DNA from: Takakia lepidozioides
Lineage: Eukaryota > Plantae > Bryophyta
Length of the DNA: 64,000 bases
Direction: 5' to 3'
Assembly: GCA_030704615.1 (NCBI GenBank)
Contig: CM060732.1
Span: 39,184,001 to 39,248,000, forward strand
Each line of letters begins with the position of its first letter. Within the stretch, counting starts at the first letter, position 1. Below are positions 61,720 through 64,000 of this stretch, piece after piece. A model generated the notes under the pieces. The model had not been told where the DNA came from, searched no databases, and saw nothing but the letters and a program-made list of their open reading frames with translations. The translations under genes were made by a program, and so were the position numbers.

Positions 61720-64000
61720 AGCGATGAATGTTTCCGAAAACGAGGCCGCTCAGGAGCGGGAGGAATCCGAGGAGTCGGAGCCCGAGGAATCCTGAGAGCT
61801 CCGACAAACCAAGAGATGCCTCCCATGCCGGCAGCCTTTTGGGAAGGGTTGTTGGCGCAATTTGGCGGGACGTTGAAAGACGTGTTGAAGGCGGCTAATG
61901 CCACTTCCACTAAGGCAAAGTTTAAGGTGAAGCCTAAGGAACCCGGCACCTTCGAGGGCGTTCGAAACCGGAAGGCACTCAACACCTGGCTCCTGGAGCT
62001 AGAGCAGTACTTCCGGGCGGCCAAGTTGAGTGACGAGGATCGGGTGGAAGTGGCTCCCACCTATTTGAGGGGCTATGCTCAACAATGGTGGCAGAAACGC
62101 CTTCACGACCGAGGCCCAAGCCCGGAAACCTTGAACTGGAGTGGGTTCAAGGTTCAAGGAATTGATGAAGAGACAGTTTGTGCCCCTCAACGCATCCTGG
62201 CTTGCCCGGGACAAGATGAGGAATTTGAAGCAAAACAGATGACATTCGGGGGTATGTCCAGGCTTTCAATGTGCTGTTGCTCGAAGTCGCGGACATGGCA
62301 GAACCAGAAATGGTCTTCAACTTTGTGGCGGGACTGGCCCCATGGGCTAGGCGGAAGTTGGAGGAGAAGCCACCCAAGACTTTGAACGAGGCAATTGAGA
62401 GAGCTGAATGTTTCTCGGATGTCCCTAGGGGTGAGAGACAAGGCCGTACGGAGCTGAACCACAAGAAGACCCGGCGGGAAGGTGACTCCTCCGACCGGAA
62501 AAGAAGTGGGATAGGCCACGCGGCGAAAATGGCACGTGGAAATCGAAGGGAGGGCCTTCACACGTCAAGGCGGCACCCGGTGCTTCGAAAGGAAAAGCGG
62601 GTGGAGCGGCTTATGGCGGACAGAAGGCGACCTTTGATGGAGTGTGTTTCAATTGCGGGGAGCCCGGGCACATGGCCAAGAAGTGCACGAAGCCCCGGCA
62701 ATTGAACATGACTCGGGCGACCACGGAGCTGTCGGAGATACCATCAGTCGCTTGGTGGAAGCGGTGGTCGCCAGGACTTGCAAGGTAGGCAACTATTCTT
62801 GTGAGTTGTATCAGGAAACTGGCGCCTGCGTAAAGGGAGTCAGTTATTGTTCGTGGATGGGATAATATCCGGAACTAAGTGTCGTTGTTGGTGGACACAG
62901 GAGCGTCGCACTCCTTCATGACGCCGGCGGCGGCGCGAAAGTTGGGACTCCCGACAAGTGACGTGGGGGCCTCTATTGAGGTGCGCTCTGCCAAAGGAGA
63001 ACCTCAGTTGGCGACAAGGTTGGCGTTTGATGTTCCTCTTCAACTGGGGAGTTGGGAGGGACGTGAGAACTTCACTATCTGCGAGATCGATGGAGTGGAT
63101 CTCATTTTAGGGATGACCTTTTTGAGCAAATCCGGAGCGGTCATAGATGGCCGCAAGAGAGTAGTCACGCTGCCATGTGGGAATGGTGGCGAGGTTTTAC
63201 GAGTGTCGGAAACGCCCAAATCCGTGGGAGGGCGAAGAATAAACCTTCTGTCAGCAAAGAGTGGGCCGTGGAGGAGGCACACGAGTCCCAGTTTTTGCTA
63301 CATTAGAGAAGTGAAAGGAGAAGGCGATGGGGAGCCGAGCCCAGATTGGATCAAAGGGATTTTGGAGAAATACCAGGATGTGATGCCGGAGGATTTACCA
63401 AGCGGCTTGCCACCGCGAAGAGGAGTTGACCACAAGATTGAGGTGATACCGGGATCGGAACCGCCTGCCAAGGCGCCCTACCGGTTGAGCCACAGAGAGT
63501 GGTCGAGCTGAAGACTCAGCTCAAGGATCTAATGTCAAAGGGGTACATCCGGCCGAGTAAGTCACCTTACGGAGCCCCGGTGCTATTCGCAGACAAGAAG
63601 GATGGGACGCTGCGGATGTGTGTCGATTACAGGGCTCTGAATAAGGTGACTATCAAAAACCGGTACCCTTTGCCAAGGATCGACGACCTCTTCGATCGGT
63701 TGGCAGGAGCGAAGTATTTCAGCCGGATCGACTTGCGCTCGGCTATCATCAAATTCGGGTGGCGGAAGGAGATGAGGAGAAGACCGCGTGCAGGACAAGG
63801 TATGGTTCATATGAGTTCTTGGTGATGCCTTTTGGGCTCACCAATGCACCAGCGACATTTAGCACGCTGATGAACAGCCTTTTCCAGGAGTGGTTGGATG
63901 ACTTTGTGATCGTGTACATCGACGACATCTTGGTGTACTCGAAAACAAAGGAGGAGCACCTGGAGCACCTCAAAAGGGTGTTCCAAAAATTGCGGAAGGG
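61720..64000 (+). mobile_element. Ty3/Gypsy gag-pol (gag, CCHC knuckle, protease, RT), frameshifted, continues beyond the window
   Basis: KEPGTFEGVR..WLLELEQYF..YLRGYAQQWW; CFNCGEPGHMAKKC; LLVDTGASHSF; [35 protein letters not shown]; [13 protein letters not shown]; YIDDILVYS. Confidence 0.96.

Overview
Eukaryotic, intron-rich nuclear DNA from a land plant. The DYW-PPR style, RTE-X-like LINE, SWIM/MULE transposase and Helitron-like repeat point to a seed-free plant, probably a bryophyte; this is inference. Six genes look intact when I assemble exons by hand: STAYGREEN/SGR-like (-), a secreted Pro/Gly/Tyr repeat protein (+), a LORELEI-like GPI-anchored protein (+), an At4g15545/NAIP-like protein (+), a TIFY-family repressor (+) and ATP-dependent PEP carboxykinase (-). 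A kinetochore SPC25 homologue (-) has a disturbed first exon. The rest is a PPR-DYW pseudogene, an F-box-type fragment and nested transposon debris: a solo LTR, a hAT-like element inside another, MITEs, an RTE-X LINE, an Ulp1-carrying element, and a MULE interrupted by a Gypsy element that runs off the window. Best leads: (1) the TIFY gene joins a PEAPOD (PPD)-like domain to a complete JAZ-type Jas motif; (2) its Jas intron encodes its own in-register X5-PY; (3) the modular secreted protein looks elastomer-like and has a decayed third module in its 3' UTR; (4) a transposon-borne array of nine G-boxes lies upstream of PEPCK. Splice models were read by eye and no database search was run.
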